A stretch of DNA of 64,000 nt from NCBI GenBank assembly GCA_051294905.1, contig CM119374.1, positions 19,344,001 to 19,408,000 on the forward strand. Direction: 5' to 3'. This document shows, one piece after another, positions 1 through 12,087 of this stretch. The DNA is from Botryllus schlosseri (Eukaryota). Made by a program: the position numbers and the translations under genes. The stretch's first letter is position 1. Every line of letters starts with the position of its first letter. Below the pieces are notes generated by a model, which worked only from the letters and a program-made list of their open reading frames with translations, was not told the origin of the DNA and searched no databases.

Positions 1-39
1 AAATAAAAATGAATGAGTTGATTGAGAATTAAATTTAGT

Positions 40-268
40 TAGTTGTGTTTTAGTTAGTTAGTTGCCGATATTTAAATTTCGTTAGTTCTAGTTATAGTTC
101 TAGTTGCGAGTTTTGAAAATTGAGTAGTTCTAGTTCTAGTTCTAGTTGCAGGATTTGAAAATTGGGTAGTTCTAGTTCTAGTTCTAGTTGCGAGTCTTAA
201 AAATTGAGTAGTTTTAGTTCTAGTTCTAGTTGAGCTTTTTGAAAATTCAGTAGTTTGTACAAGTCTGG
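40..268. repeat. Interspersed repeat with internal (TTCTAG)n / TTTTGAAAAGTGAGTAG tandem units
   Basis: Degenerate AGTTCTAGTTCTAG arrays. The same family recurs at about 26135-26760 (reverse), 33500-33830, 35470-35665 and 38480-38610 with shared end motifs (TTAGTTAGTTG...; ...GTAGTTTTGTACAA). The ORFs at 72-278 and 26390-26575 are repeat artefacts. Confidence 0.75.
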
Positions 269-3200
269 TTCTCGCCATCCATGCGAATTTTAAGAACTGT
301 GGTTATCATTGCCTAGGAACACCCCGCAATATCATTTCTTCTATGCACAATGCACATATGCGCTGCCTACGATGGCTTTGAGATTCGTCGTGATATCGTT
401 ATAACGAGTACACACCACGAGACATAGTGTGTCTTAGCTACAAACACCCCACCTTTAAGCGATACGTAATTTTAAAAGTTGGATTTACTCAACGTGTCGA
501 TGACTCACGAATTAACCGAAAACGTGGTGTTTCTTGATTAGCCTACTGTCATCTAAGCAAACAAACTTGAATTATATTTGAATTTGCAATGGTTCTTATA
601 CTCTGAATATTTAGTAATTATTTTCGTATACCAAAGAATCAGACTCATACAAATATAGATAAAACGTTATTCACTATAAATGGTAACGAAAATGGGGCGG
701 ACGCAATATATGAACTGTGTACTGCGTCGATTTTTTTTTTCAATTGAAAGAAGATGAAAGGTATTGTTGATACCACATCGGGTATCTCATATGGCGATAT
801 TGAAGCAAAGTTACATTTGACACCTCAGTTATCATACAGATCTACTACACGTTTGGCGGGAGCGAGACACTCCGTCATATGAGGAATAATATTTGACAGC
901 TCATGATATTCAGTATGTTCTGTTAATTAAACATTTCCATAACCATTGTGACATGAATAAGGAGCTTTTCCGCTGTATTTGCCGGGGTATATTGATCGTG
1001 ACAATCAGCACGAATTTAGGCAAACAAATGGGATTTGTATCATTCTATTTTAAGAACGGGGATCGAAGAAGAGTGTCAATTCCAAATCCATGGGATTTAT
1101 GATATTGACAAGTTTTTACAAGCTGTCTGCGCCTATCAAAGGCCGAAGTTCAAATAAGATATGTCCTATATCTTTTTCAAATCTGTGCTAGCATTAATCA
1201 TGCGGCTGCCGTTTTCATGCTCGGATATAATAAGTCAATGAATAATGTATATGCACGATAATATCAACTATGTTTTCCGGAGACTATAGCACTTCCAACG
1301 GAGCGACATTATTAGTATTATAGTGACAGACCTTTGTGAAGCAACTTCCGGTCACGGGAAAAATATAATTGGAGAGCTGAAGGCATGGTCGATTGGTCGT
1401 CGCACGATAGAGAATTTCTTTTAACCCAAAAGAAGGTAAACCCCATTACGCGCCGTGCTGCCAGACCTGGGAAAACAAAAGTTCGTTGACGATATCCGAC
1501 CAGTCCGATAACTTATTTTCGACCCGCTGAGCAAATTGTTTTTTCATGAAACTATTATTACACTATTGACTAATTTCACATTGAGATTAATAATGTCGCC
1601 ATATCAAATAATAGTAAAATAGGTTAGACCGTGTCAATGGCCGATAACAAGTGGTGGCCTCTGTGTAAGTCATAATGAAACATAACCCCATAATTGCATA
1701 ATAATTGGTGAACTCTGGGGTGAGCAGTGAGCTGCGACCAATGGATCGGGCAAAATTGATTCAGATGTTTATCAGGTTCAGCCGTGCCAATTTTTTTTCT
1801 CGCAATATTTTGCTGCACCCGCTGCCCCACTGCTATTTGGTCTAATCGTCATTCTGGCCAGCCACAACCAAGTGGGCCTAATATGCACTGGTTATCCAGA
1901 ATTGTACCTAAATTGCTAGCTAATTTCTATGGGCATAGGCATTGGGCTGTAGTGATATGATAGGATGATTTGGGAATGCGAAACCAAGACGAATCAGAGG
2001 TCAATGTCACTCAAGTGCATGTTAACATGCTAGCTTCACAACCTACAAAAGGAACATTAACCCGGTCATATTGTAAGAGCCTTGAAGACAACAAATAAGC
2101 TTCAGTTATGTAAAACGACTAAAACGTCGATTTAAATAGATATATTAAATGAGCACGATCCCGGGGATGTGGTTTTACACGTCACAGATCTAATGTCGAA
2201 CCGTTCAGAACTTCACCATCAAGTAGACATTTGCCTTTATACGCAGTTACCTGGTTTGGGCCGCATCCGGTAAACAAACACCACTCAAACAGTGTACAAA
2301 TGAATGTGTTATTGATATGAATGAATACAGCTTTGCGCAGTGCTTCAGTGTCAAATCACATTCATTATTATTTTTATGGGAAAGAAAAAGCGATCTTTTG
2401 GTAACAACTAAACATCTCCTTTCGCAAAATATAACAATATTTGTACGCAAAATACATTTAGTGTTTAATTGAGCACTTTTATGATATCATTGTGCGTAGA
2501 ATTGGGAGGAGGATGGATTTTCCCTGAATTACAAGCACTATGAAGAACTAATGCATTCAACAGAAAAATATGTTCCGAATAGTATGTGAATTTTAAGTAA
2601 GGGTAATAGACGATTTAGCCAACGTAATTTGACTCCACACAGCTCGATGTATGGGCGCACTACATTGGGCCGCACTCAATGGCTATGTAATTTTAACATG
2701 TAGGCGATTGGATATCAGTGATTCCAGTCACCATAGTAGTGCCTATCCATACACGCATTGCATACAACTCAATGATTTTGTTCGATTAGTAGACAAACGC
2801 GCTCTGCAGTGTTTTTCCAGCTCTATTTGCTTTGGGAAAGCTCGCCACTTATCCTGTCGGCGATCAACTTGATACCAATTTGAGACAAGTAGTTTCGTGA
2901 CCTTATTCAAAAGCACACACTTGAATCACGGTTCCGAGAATATTCCACTTGAGGACATTAGTATCGAGCAGGCCATTCAGTCTCGAGTCACTTGCCTTTG
3001 TTGGACAGTGTCACGAATTCGCACCTTTAAAAATTTAGAAACTTTGGCGAATGAATAAACTATGTATTCCGTTTATTATGGCGGATTGGAACAATTCCAT
3101 CCAATAAACAAACACATTATCGATAACAGCGCCATTTCGTGTCATCCATGGTATATTGTATGGATTCCGAGTGATTACGTATGTCCTATCCTAGAATGGT

Positions 3201-3299
3201 TTGGTTACCTTATTGAATCCAGGAGCGCATTGCATAGCCTGTGGTATGAGAGTCTACTGACACTCGCTATTGATTTCGTATAGCACAATGGTTCTTAAT

Positions 3300-4396
3300 C
3301 TTTTTCCCCCAGCGCCCCCTTTCAAAGATTATCGTGCTTCAGCGCCCCCAACCTCATATTGTAAGGAATGTAATGAAGACAATGAGTAAGAGGGAGGGCC
3401 GTAACAGCACTTCGTCAACCCCCCTAAAACCGATTGCCTTGCGTACCCATAGCGTGATAAGCCAAACTTCTGAGGGCTTCGCCCCCAAGAACCCCGTATC
3501 GTGATTTCGATGGTCAGCAAAGTTTGTGTGGCCTGGTCGCCCCAGGTGCCAGAATTTTCTATAATGCATGAATGAATAGGTGGTAATTACATGTATATGT
3601 CGCTATAAACTTTTTATCCTCTCAGCCCACGTAATCAGATTTACCAGTAGCGCTGAGTGAGCTGTTGTATTGGAAAATAAAGGGCACGTAATTAATAATT
3701 AAACATATTCGGGCGTGCCCGTAGGTACAATTAATTCGATACCAGGGCCGTAACATCATTTCGTCAGCCCCCCCAAAAAACGTTGGTCTTGCCCCCCTTA
3801 GGCTGATAAACCAAACTTCCGAGGGGCTTCGCCCCCAGACCCCCATTCGGCTATCCGCTATTTGCTGATACTGGTCATCTATACATTGGGTGTCCATTTA
3901 CTGAGCCAGCTATTTTCGCCTATAGACGCACCAAGCGCTAAAAATGTCAATAATTATTGATTGAATTGGTCAATATGATCGGGAATTGCATATATATTGA
4001 TAGCAATTTTTATCCTGTCTCTGCTCACGTAAACAGATTTACCGGCAGATCTGAGTGATGTGTGATTGAAAAGGTAGGACCCCTCAATAATAATTATACA
4101 TCTTCGGGCGTATACCAGTTGGCAGGAACGAAACGAAACTTCGTCAGGCTACCCAAAAAAACTTGGGTCTTGGACTTCCGTAGGGTGATAAACCGACCCC
4201 CCCCCCCCCCCATCACGTTGTTCGCTTTTTCCACGAAATCAGCTGTACCATTTAGCGAGACTGTGCGAAGCGCGAAAACTTTCGATAATTCATGATAAGA
4301 TCGGTCAATAAGATCAGGAATTGCATATATATTGCTATCAATTTCTTGTCCTCTCTAGTCACGTTACCAGATTTACCGGTAGAGTTGAGTGAGGTG
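3300..4396. repeat. Three degenerate tandem copies (about 350-400 bp) of a GC-rich repeat family
   Basis: Recurrent blocks GGGCCGTAAC...TTCGTCA...GATAAACCAAACTTC and CACGT(A/T)ACCAGATTTACCGG. A reverse-oriented copy lies at about 16380-16735. Confidence 0.55.
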
Positions 4397-5060
4397 CAAT
4401 GTTCCCTCTAAGCTGCGCACGTGCGCAGTGCTGACACGGTCTCTGCGCACACGATTTCAAATTAGTATTTCTTCACTGGCATATAATTTTTCCCAGCCAG
4501 ATGGAATTCGTCTTCTGAGGTTCAGATTGCCAAGACAGGAACATTCGGTGTCAGTCATTTAGGCGCCTATGGACAATTAAACCGATATGTCTTTTGAAGG
4601 CTCTATATAACGAAGTTTTCGGTGTTAATTCGCTCTGAATACTCATTAAGGATATGTCCTACTACCACATGTACTGCGAAGCCATTTTTCTCCGGCGCCC
4701 CCCCCCCATATCGCCCCCTGAGCCCAGCGCCCCCCATATCGCACCCTGAGCGTTTCCACCCCCTTCAAAATCGCCAGCGCCCCTTGGGGGTAGGTTAGTT
4801 ATCTATAGACATATGTTACATAGTGCCACCTAACGACAGAATACTTACTTTCGCCATCGAACAATCTCTACTCTCTCACTTTTCTAACGTTATGCATTTT
4901 TGTCCTTGATGTTTTTGCGGCCTATGCACCGACTCATGATATAGGCTACATACACACGATCTCTGCATATTCATTCATAGTTGCATACCATGAGTTTATG
5001 ATGTGCATATGCCGCTAGACAAGGAAGGAAGGTGCCTTTAAGTATCGGATATGACTAGTC

Positions 5061-7003
5061 CAGGGGTTCTCAAACAGTGGGCCACAGGAGCATTTTGATG
5101 TGGGCCACAGATATATTTGGGTAATTGTAGAATTAGTGAAAGTTTAGTTAAATTTGCTATGTTATTCGCTCAAAAATATATTCATATTATCAAATTATAC
5201 GTAGACTACATAAACTAAGCTTTCCGTCCTACTCTGATGAGACGTGGTAAGTGGCCAGTATATGAAGTCACAATGTGGAAGTCGGAAATGTGAGGAAGAA
5301 ACGGCGTCTTTTGCCTCCCGGTTGTGACAAGCTACGGCCAACAGCAACGAAAATAACTTCGATTATATAATACCTGGAGAGTATTCATAGATTATGTCGT
5401 GTACGCCGTTGAAAAGGGTGTGTATTAACCTCGGACTGAAGCGTATATTTGATGTATATGCACCACCGCAACGCATCGCAATGGATTGAGAATTTGGCGC
5501 AGCACATTAATCTTTGGAGTCAGTTTAAAAATGTCCTGCCTTAAAATCATTGTAGCTAATGTATGAGTGACATGAATTGAATGTATCGTTGGATTGAATG
5601 TTCTGAAATCGCAACTTCAGTAGGTTTCCTATACAAGACATACTATTATGTGCGTATACAACTGTACATTGTACACTGTACACTGTACAGCAGGGGTGTC
5701 GAACATACGGCCCGCGGGCCGCATCCGGCCCGCAAGACCATTTCATCCGGCCCGCCAAGCCATTCTGAGAATATTGAAATCAGATTTATAACAGAAGGTG
5801 AGATTTTCAGTAATAAAAATACTTTGACGTAAAGAATAAAATCCCATAAGACAGCAAATGTCGAGCGTCCGAATAGGTCACATTATACCCGTCTTTTGAA
5901 GTTTACTGTTCTCAGTCAAGTAACCATTAGGAATAAGACGTCGACACTACATTTCGAGATGGCAAAAAAGTACATACTCAGTTCATTCAGAGTTTACTGC
6001 AAAACTGGACCTAATAATAGTTATTCACAGAGGCGGAAACGACAAACGACAAATAATTGAATTCAAATATCTTTGATCGCTATGCTATTTTACCTTACTC
6101 TGACCCAAAAGACACCAGCCACGGTCTCCAGAGAAACTAGATTAGTGAATTGGTGATGAAAAATATATTGAACAAAATTCCAATTTATAATCTCCTGTAT
6201 TCCTCACTACGAATACGCATGGCCAACGAGGCATTATAATATTCCAACTTATGTTCTCGTCTGAGTCACTGTTTCAGTAGCTTATAGCTGTATTCAATCG
6301 GCCAATTATAGTATTTTGTCAATTCCATTGTTTGCGAATAACGGTGTTGCTCGAATAGAGTCCTCGGCCCACATGATCCATCATATAATGAAGAATACAA
6401 TTTTACATAGCGTTGATAATAATAAAGCATTCCAGTTAGAAACAAATATATGGATTTCGAGGTAAATATTGGAATTATTTGACTAGTCCGGCCCGCGAGC
6501 GATTGGAACTCTTGAATCCGGCCCGCGACCCAAGTTGAGTTTGACACCCCTGCTGTACAGTGTACAGCTTGCACATTATTACATTCTTTCTCCATTTTTC
6601 TTTAGTATCTCATTCACCAAATAATTGTTTGAAGATGGCCCCGAATGGTTATATCCCACTATAGTGGAACTAAGACCCCAATCACACAGTGGATGCGCGG
6701 ATTAGATAGTTGGGTTTCGCGACGTGACTGCCACACCGTAAACCCCCAATTAGGAGGGGGAGCTTGAAGGAGCCCAATATTATTTCGTTTGTCATTTGTT
6801 GGAGGAGATATATCCATATCCAGCTAGAAAATTTTCGTCACACTTGGCACGATTCCATGTCACTGGATATCTAGCTATAACTATTATTATTGGTAAGAGA
6901 AAATCCGCATATTTTAGAGAAATAGGCATATCGTCGCTGGTGGCCACAGAACATTTTCAAAACGGAAAACGGGTCACGGCCAAAACAAGGTTGAGAACCC
7001 GTG
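5061..7003 (+). mobile_element. Non-autonomous hAT-like element (CAGGGGTTCTCAA...TTGAGAACCC ends)
   Basis: Terminal inverted repeats (TIRs) at 5061 and about 6991-7003. A homologous copy spans 20997-24920. The TSD is only partial. Confidence 0.6.
5691..6552 (+). mobile_element. hAT MITE nested in the 5061-7003 element
   Basis: TIR CAGGGGTGTC(G)AAC / GTTTGACACCCCTG with perfect 8-bp TSD CTGTACAG (5683-5690 and 6553-6560). The sister copy near 24590 lacks the insert. Confidence 0.9.
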
Positions 7004-7025
7004 TAGTCGCTTTCGATAGCGAAAA

Positions 7026-7290
7026 GAACCCGAATATTTTCGGCTGTCACTCGTCAAGGGTACTCGTCGACAACTATAGTAAGGAATTGTAAAGAACATT
7101 ATCAACAATCATATCACAAAATATGTTGTCACCGGCATGAAATTTCGAATAATCGGAGCATAGAGAGCGGCCATTCGCATTCCCTTGGGTGCCTTGGAGT
7201 CGACTTTTATCAAAATACGCCAACCAAGCCTGTGCCCTCAGAAGGAGTTTGTGTACCATCTAAATTAGTACATTGAGCGCGCTCTCTCCG
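7026..7290. mobile_element. Penelope-like element fragment: inverted terminal-repeat segment plus 3' end of the GIY-YIG ORF
   Basis: 7170-7285 matches 27385-27510 directly. 7026-7150 is the reverse complement of 27510-27640 and includes a degenerate hammerhead core. Confidence 0.8.
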
Positions 7291-7599
7291 CGCCGATTAT
7301 TCAAGATTTCACGCCGGCAAAATAGTTGACATAGATGCGAGTGTTTCCTGACAATTAATTACCCTCCTTTCGTCGTTAGAAGCACTAATCTCATTTTGAA
7401 AAAGATCTGTATTCAAGTTTTTTGTTCCGTAGCGTAGAAACTGCCAGCTACACCTGGGCTTGTGAGGCTGAATGAACAAGCCTTGATTGAATCAACTCGC
7501 TTGGTCAAGATGTCAAGTAAAACCACGAGTTATGGCCATATATAGCGGATATGTGACAGTCTGTGTTTTAGTCGCGCGTGGACGACTTCGAATTGACAA

Positions 7600-7664
7600 T
7601 ACTGGTGATATACACAGTTATTTTGAGTTCACTACATAGTTGCTGACGATTACCCCTGACGAGT
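7600..7664 (+). mobile_element. Truncated Penelope-like terminal repeat with a half hammerhead core
   Basis: TAGTTGCTGACGATTACCCCTGACGAGT is identical to 27586-27613 and is truncated after CTGACGAG. Confidence 0.7.
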
Positions 7665-8009
7665 CTCAATTGTATACAGATATATTTGTTTTGTTTTCGC
7701 AGCAATAGCGCAAATATAGAGTCTGATTCGATTCAAGACAGGTTCGACAGTTGTGTATGGTCAAATCACTCGAACGAGATAGTGGCGTTAGCATAGAGTA
7801 GTGGCTATATAAGTACCATAATATGCACGCACAATATGTCGTAGGCTGTACGTGGTATTGTAAGCTCCATGACAGATACAGGGCTCTTGAACCTATGAAT
7901 ACCATATTAAGTTGAAAACTTATCATTGATTATAGACCGGAACCCCGGCACCCGTAAGTAGTAGTTATGATCGCTCGTGATTCGTAATGGTGGCTTATGG
8001 GCCCGCTCG

Positions 8010-8408
8010 TGACCTGCCTCGAAACTCGTGTTGGTGATTCAAGTATTCCTTGGATGAAAATCCTTGAGCTCTTTTTATCAAGAATGCTATAGCATGATCT
8101 CCACAGACATCCGAAGTTTTATTCTGTAACTGTTTCCCAGTCACGGAAAATTCATCCGGCTCCAGGAATTCGATTTTCTGAGGTTTTAGTGGTCCGAAAC
8201 CTAGTGAATCATGAAAATGAGTATCCTCATCACTGTTATACACACCCAGTGAGACCCGGGAAAGCTCGACTCGTCGTAATTAATGGTAATAGCGAATTTT
8301 ACGCTTTGATTTCTTTTGTAACTGCTGGTCTACTGGATAAGTCCCTAGATGTAGACTTCGTGTATCAGGATGGTTATAGAGGATATCATTGATTTCAGAC
8401 GTATTCAT
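8010..8408 (-). pseudogene. Adenain-like (adenovirus-type C5) cysteine protease of a Polinton/adintovirus; frameshifted and C-terminally truncated
   Basis: Minus-strand translation across at least 2 frameshifts: MNTSEINDILYNHPDTRSLHLGTYPVD / INYDESSFPGSHWVC / HFHDSLGFGP...GKQLQNKTSDVCGDHAIAFLIKRAQG. It retains the HW, DS.G and QLQ...CG catalytic motifs. The ATG (8408) overlaps the capsid stop codon. Confidence 0.88.
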
Positions 8409-8463
8409 ATTTCGACGACTTGTCTTTTTTGATTCAACTGTACAAGATGTTGAAACTCCTTCA
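8405..8463 (-). pseudogene. Polinton/adintovirus major capsid protein, C-terminal tip
   Basis: Reads KEFQHLVQLNQKRQVVEI*. It joins in frame to ...TLITLLCLKE at 10771 once the 8464-10770 element and one TSD copy are removed. Confidence 0.8.
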
Positions 8464-10770
8464 CAAGGGCGTAGCCAGAAAAAATATTTGGGGGGGGCGC
8501 AAAATTCGATGACGTAAATGAGCCCCGCCCACTTGAAGATAAGGAAAAATGGGTTAAAAACGATGGTCTTGGGCAGTTATTGGATGATTAACACAACATT
8601 TGAGGCGATCTTTATGCATATCTTCCACTCGTATAAAGTCATGTGTGATTGTGGAAAACTCTGACGTCAACACTTTCGCGCGAAGCGCGAAAATTATTTT
8701 GGTAAAGAATGAAAATTGTTCATTATATTGTTACTTGCATATTGCAAATACGTTTTCATTATCAGATTTACCGGCAAGGCTGATAGAAGTGGTGTCATCG
8801 AATATTCAGGGCTAGTACACTTGAACTATGTTCATACCACACGGCAAGACTATTTTGAGCAGTGGTTCCCAACCGGGGGTCCGCAAAGCATTTTCAAGGG
8901 ATCCACGAAAACTCAAAATTTGCAAAATGGTTTATAAACTAATAATAATAAAATATTTTTGGTTTGTTTTAAATTAGAGAGATGATGAAGCACTTTCGCT
9001 TCATAACTGCTAAAAGCTCAGGACTTACATAAACAGAGAATGGCCGTCTGAGATGAAATATCCCACCGTGCAAAGTCATTTTAATTGCCGATAGCCTACT
9101 TATACTAACATATTGCTGTTTAGGGATGTTTTGCTGGGGTTTTGAAAAAAATTCTATGCAGAGATCCATTTTCTTCTATAACATACACGACCGCTATTCC
9201 AGAATAACTTCACGATGAGCTGCTAGATAGAAATGACTAGGCTGGAGGATATATTGATCCATATGTATGTTTCCATAATAGCCAAATGTGCCGTCGAAAG
9301 TGTTACGCGTTATTATTACATTCGCCACCACCTATCTTTGTGGAAATGGATTTTCGGCACTCGTTCATATCAAATCGACGACGTGGATTTTCAAGACATG
9401 GCCCTGTCTTTCAAGAAATGCAGCTACAGAATTCGCTTTAAAATAATAAACAGTCGATGTTATTTTCAAGAAAGGTCATTTGCTGTTGTTTATCACTAGC
9501 CTACAGTTAATAATTGCACAAGACAGATGAAGGTTGCATGATAATTGAGGCAAATTTGAAATAAGCACTGGGGGTCCGCGGGGGTACGTGAAGGTGCAAA
9601 GAGGGTTCACGACGACAAAAAGGTTGAGAACCACTGATTTGGAGTTGCTATAGGGTGGGCGCCGGACGGGAAAGTTTTCATTTATTGCTGTTACTTCATG
9701 ACTTGCGGAGAAAGCTGTCACCACCCAAGAGATCGCTCACACACAAGATCGTAGGCAGAATTACATATTTTGTTATTGCGGAGGGGGGGGGTATGAGTTT
9801 AAGGAAGCTCCCCCGTGGAAACACGTCGCAGAACCGTACATCCTGCCATGGGCAATTTTCATCACTACCCTTTATTCATGCGATTCTTGGACGCACACAC
9901 ACACATACCCTATGGAAGCTTCCAGTTGCCAAATATCTTGTATTGGGCGATCGTTTCACGAAGTGATGGAAATCAGTGTGAATTTCGAACCTAGTCGCGC
10001 GGAGCGTAAATGTTTTTGAATAAATGAAAGTATTTGATCAATAATATTGGTGCGTGTATATGAGCAAGTGGATTCCAGTCTTATTAATTACTTCGTTGAA
10101 GCACGGTTATTTATTGACCTCTGGTAAAGATTGATGCTAGTTTAGGGATTGGAATCGCTGATATACCATGCCGTGCGATTTCAAATTAGCAATTTTTAAC
10201 GGGATGTGGCGATATTTTCCTGTGCCAGTTGCATTCATGTCGGAGAAGTCTGATTGCAGGGACTGGATCATTAGGCGCCAGCCATTTAAGCACCCGAAAA
10301 TCTATATCGAATACATGCGTCGGTTTTATGGCCGTCAATCAATTTGGGAGCGCACTTTGCGGAGTCGCATGTTACCTACTTTATATGTCTTCGTGTGTCC
10401 CGTAACGGAAATGGTCGGAGCTAACAGTCCCCAATACCCATACTGAACTGACAATTCTAGACTCAATCAACCCAACGACGTTGGGTTACTATCGTGTATC
10501 TACTGGTACTGTTGTATTCTCATAATTAAGAATGCAGCTAAATTCAATTGTGGGTATTTGCGGAAGTTTTTTTTTCGGGACACCGATAATAAAATCAAGA
10601 CAGTTATGACCATTGACCATGGACACGAAATCGCGCGAAGCGCGAAGAATTTTTTTAGTTTGCATTCATCTGCCCTAAAATAGTGTTATATTGATTGATT
10701 TTACGAAAAATTTTCCAAAAATTTGGGGGGGGGCGATCGCTCCTTTCGCCCCTCGCTGGCTACGCCAGTG
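8464..10770 (+). mobile_element. Non-autonomous hAT-type element inserted in the capsid gene
   Basis: TIR CAAGGGCGTAGCCAG / CTGGCTACGCCAGTG with perfect 8-bp TSD CTCCTTCA (8456-8463 and 10771-10778). Confidence 0.88.
8860..9636 (+). mobile_element. hAT MITE nested in 8464-10770
   Basis: TIR CAGTGGTTCCCAACC / GGTTGAGAACCACTG. TSD ATTTTGAG / ATTTGGAG (1 mismatch). Confidence 0.85.
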
Positions 10771-11321
10771 CTCCTTCAAACATAACAAGGTTATTAAGGT
10801 TGGTAAAGGCTTCGATGTAGTCAAAACCAGATGCACAGTTCCTGTTTTATGAAGTTGATAACATCCCAAACTATCATCGGGCGTCAAATCGAACACAAAA
10901 AGAGTGTATCCATTAACATAATCTTTGCGGGAAATATTTAATGGTGCGACGGATTCCCAGCGACCCGTCTGAGAGAATAGTGACATATAACCTTCGAGTC
11001 TGCCATGTTTATCAAAATCGAAATGAAATTCGCGTCCACTAATTTGACATCCATCCACGCTTAAAGAAAGATTTTGAACATCAAAGTGTTCAAAGTTGAA
11101 TAGATTTTTGTTCGGAACACCGTTAAATGTCGTGGTCTCGACTAAACCAATTACGATCTTCTTTGGCATGGTACCGCTATAACTAACTCTCTGTCAATTT
11201 TCGATAAACCCGCGGCGAATGTATGAGTCGACTATTGCAAGCGTATCCAGGGATACTTGGCAGTATTCTTCTGTAATACAGACTTGTGTGCGAAGCTTAC
11301 ACTTTCAGCGATCTTCATCTG
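10771..11321 (-). pseudogene. Polinton/adintovirus major capsid protein, C-terminal jelly-roll segment
   Basis: QMKIAESVSFAHKSVLQKNTAKYPWIRLQ*... then (frameshift) MPKKIVIGLVETTTFNGVPNKNLFNFEHFDVQNLSLSVDG...YMSLFSQTG...ISRKDYVNGYTLFVFDLTPD. These are characteristic Polinton MCP motifs (PK.IVIG, NPFNF, GYTLF.FDLTPD). Confidence 0.92.
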
Positions 11322-11590
11322 CGAGCGAGATAGTGTAATGGTTATGCGTCCACCTTCTCGAGCGGTAGGCCGGGGGGTCGTGGGTTCGATCCCCGGCCGG
11401 GTCATACCAAAGACTCGAAAATTGGTATCCGCGGCTATCCTGCTAGGCGCTCAGCAATCACGGATAGCATGGAGGAGAAAATACGGGGGCGCAGACTAGA
11501 TGACCTCATGGGGCCGTATCGCAACTCCGTCGTCAAAGCATCTCGACGGTGCAGGCGAAAAATAATACCATCTCTCTCTCTCTCTCTCTG
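11322..11590 (+). mobile_element. tRNA-derived SINE with (CT)n tail, inserted in the capsid gene
   Basis: A-box-like TAGTGTAATGG, B-box GGTTCGATCC, unique body and (TC)n tail. A second copy lies at 18191-18452. Short TCTG duplication at the flanks. Confidence 0.88.
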
Positions 11591-11715
11591 TTTGACATAC
11601 ACTTCCATTTCGAGTAAAACAATTTGTACATCCTCCGCGTCACCAAGCAGACAGAAATGATCTTCGTTACGTATAAATTTTAATTTCATGTCGACATTAT
11701 CCAACATACATCTAG
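11590..11715 (-). pseudogene. Major capsid protein, middle segment
   Basis: CMLDNVDMKLKFIRNEDHFCLLGDAEDVQIVLLEMEVYVKQ; joins QMKI after SINE removal. Confidence 0.88.
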
Positions 11716-12087
11716 CAGTGGTTCCCAACGTGGGCGAAATCGCCCCCCAGGGGGCGATTTGGCGGTCTAGGGGGGCGAAAATGACGAAGGGGGCGACAAG
11801 GGGGTGAAAATGGACAAAGGGGGCGACGGGGGGGGGGGGCGAAAATAGCGAAGGGAGCGATAGGGGGGCGATGACGCGTAAAAACGGCTGACCTTTTTTT
11901 TTAGTCAACCCACGGAATTTTAGTTACAAAAGTGTGTCAAATTAGACAACGAGCCGAAAATTTGACCTTTTTTTTAGTCAACCCGCCGGTGATTACAGTT
12001 TGTATGCCCAATTTTCGGTACACAAAATTTGGGGGGGGGGGGCGATGATCGGTATTGACCTTGAAAAGGGGGCGATGTGAACCACTG
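11716..12087 (+). mobile_element. G-rich hAT-type MITE inserted in the capsid gene
   Basis: TIR CAGTGGTTC / GAACCACTG, with ATCTAG duplicated on both sides (6 of the expected 8 bp). Confidence 0.8.

Noticed and set aside
72-278. ORFs with TRTRT repeats (also 26390-26575)
   Set aside because: Translations of the (TTCTAG)n repeat, not genes.
1330-1435. Exon-like block with AG/GT boundaries
   Set aside because: Stops in all three frames; at most a UTR exon, with no support.
5221-5260. CTGATGAG hammerhead-like core (also at about 21155)
   Set aside because: No properly spaced GAAA or closing stems; it lies in a DNA-transposon repeat.
10168-10446. 92-codon ORF near the capsid gene, considered as penton or another viral gene
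   Set aside because: It lies inside the 8464-10770 hAT insertion and has no recognisable viral motif.
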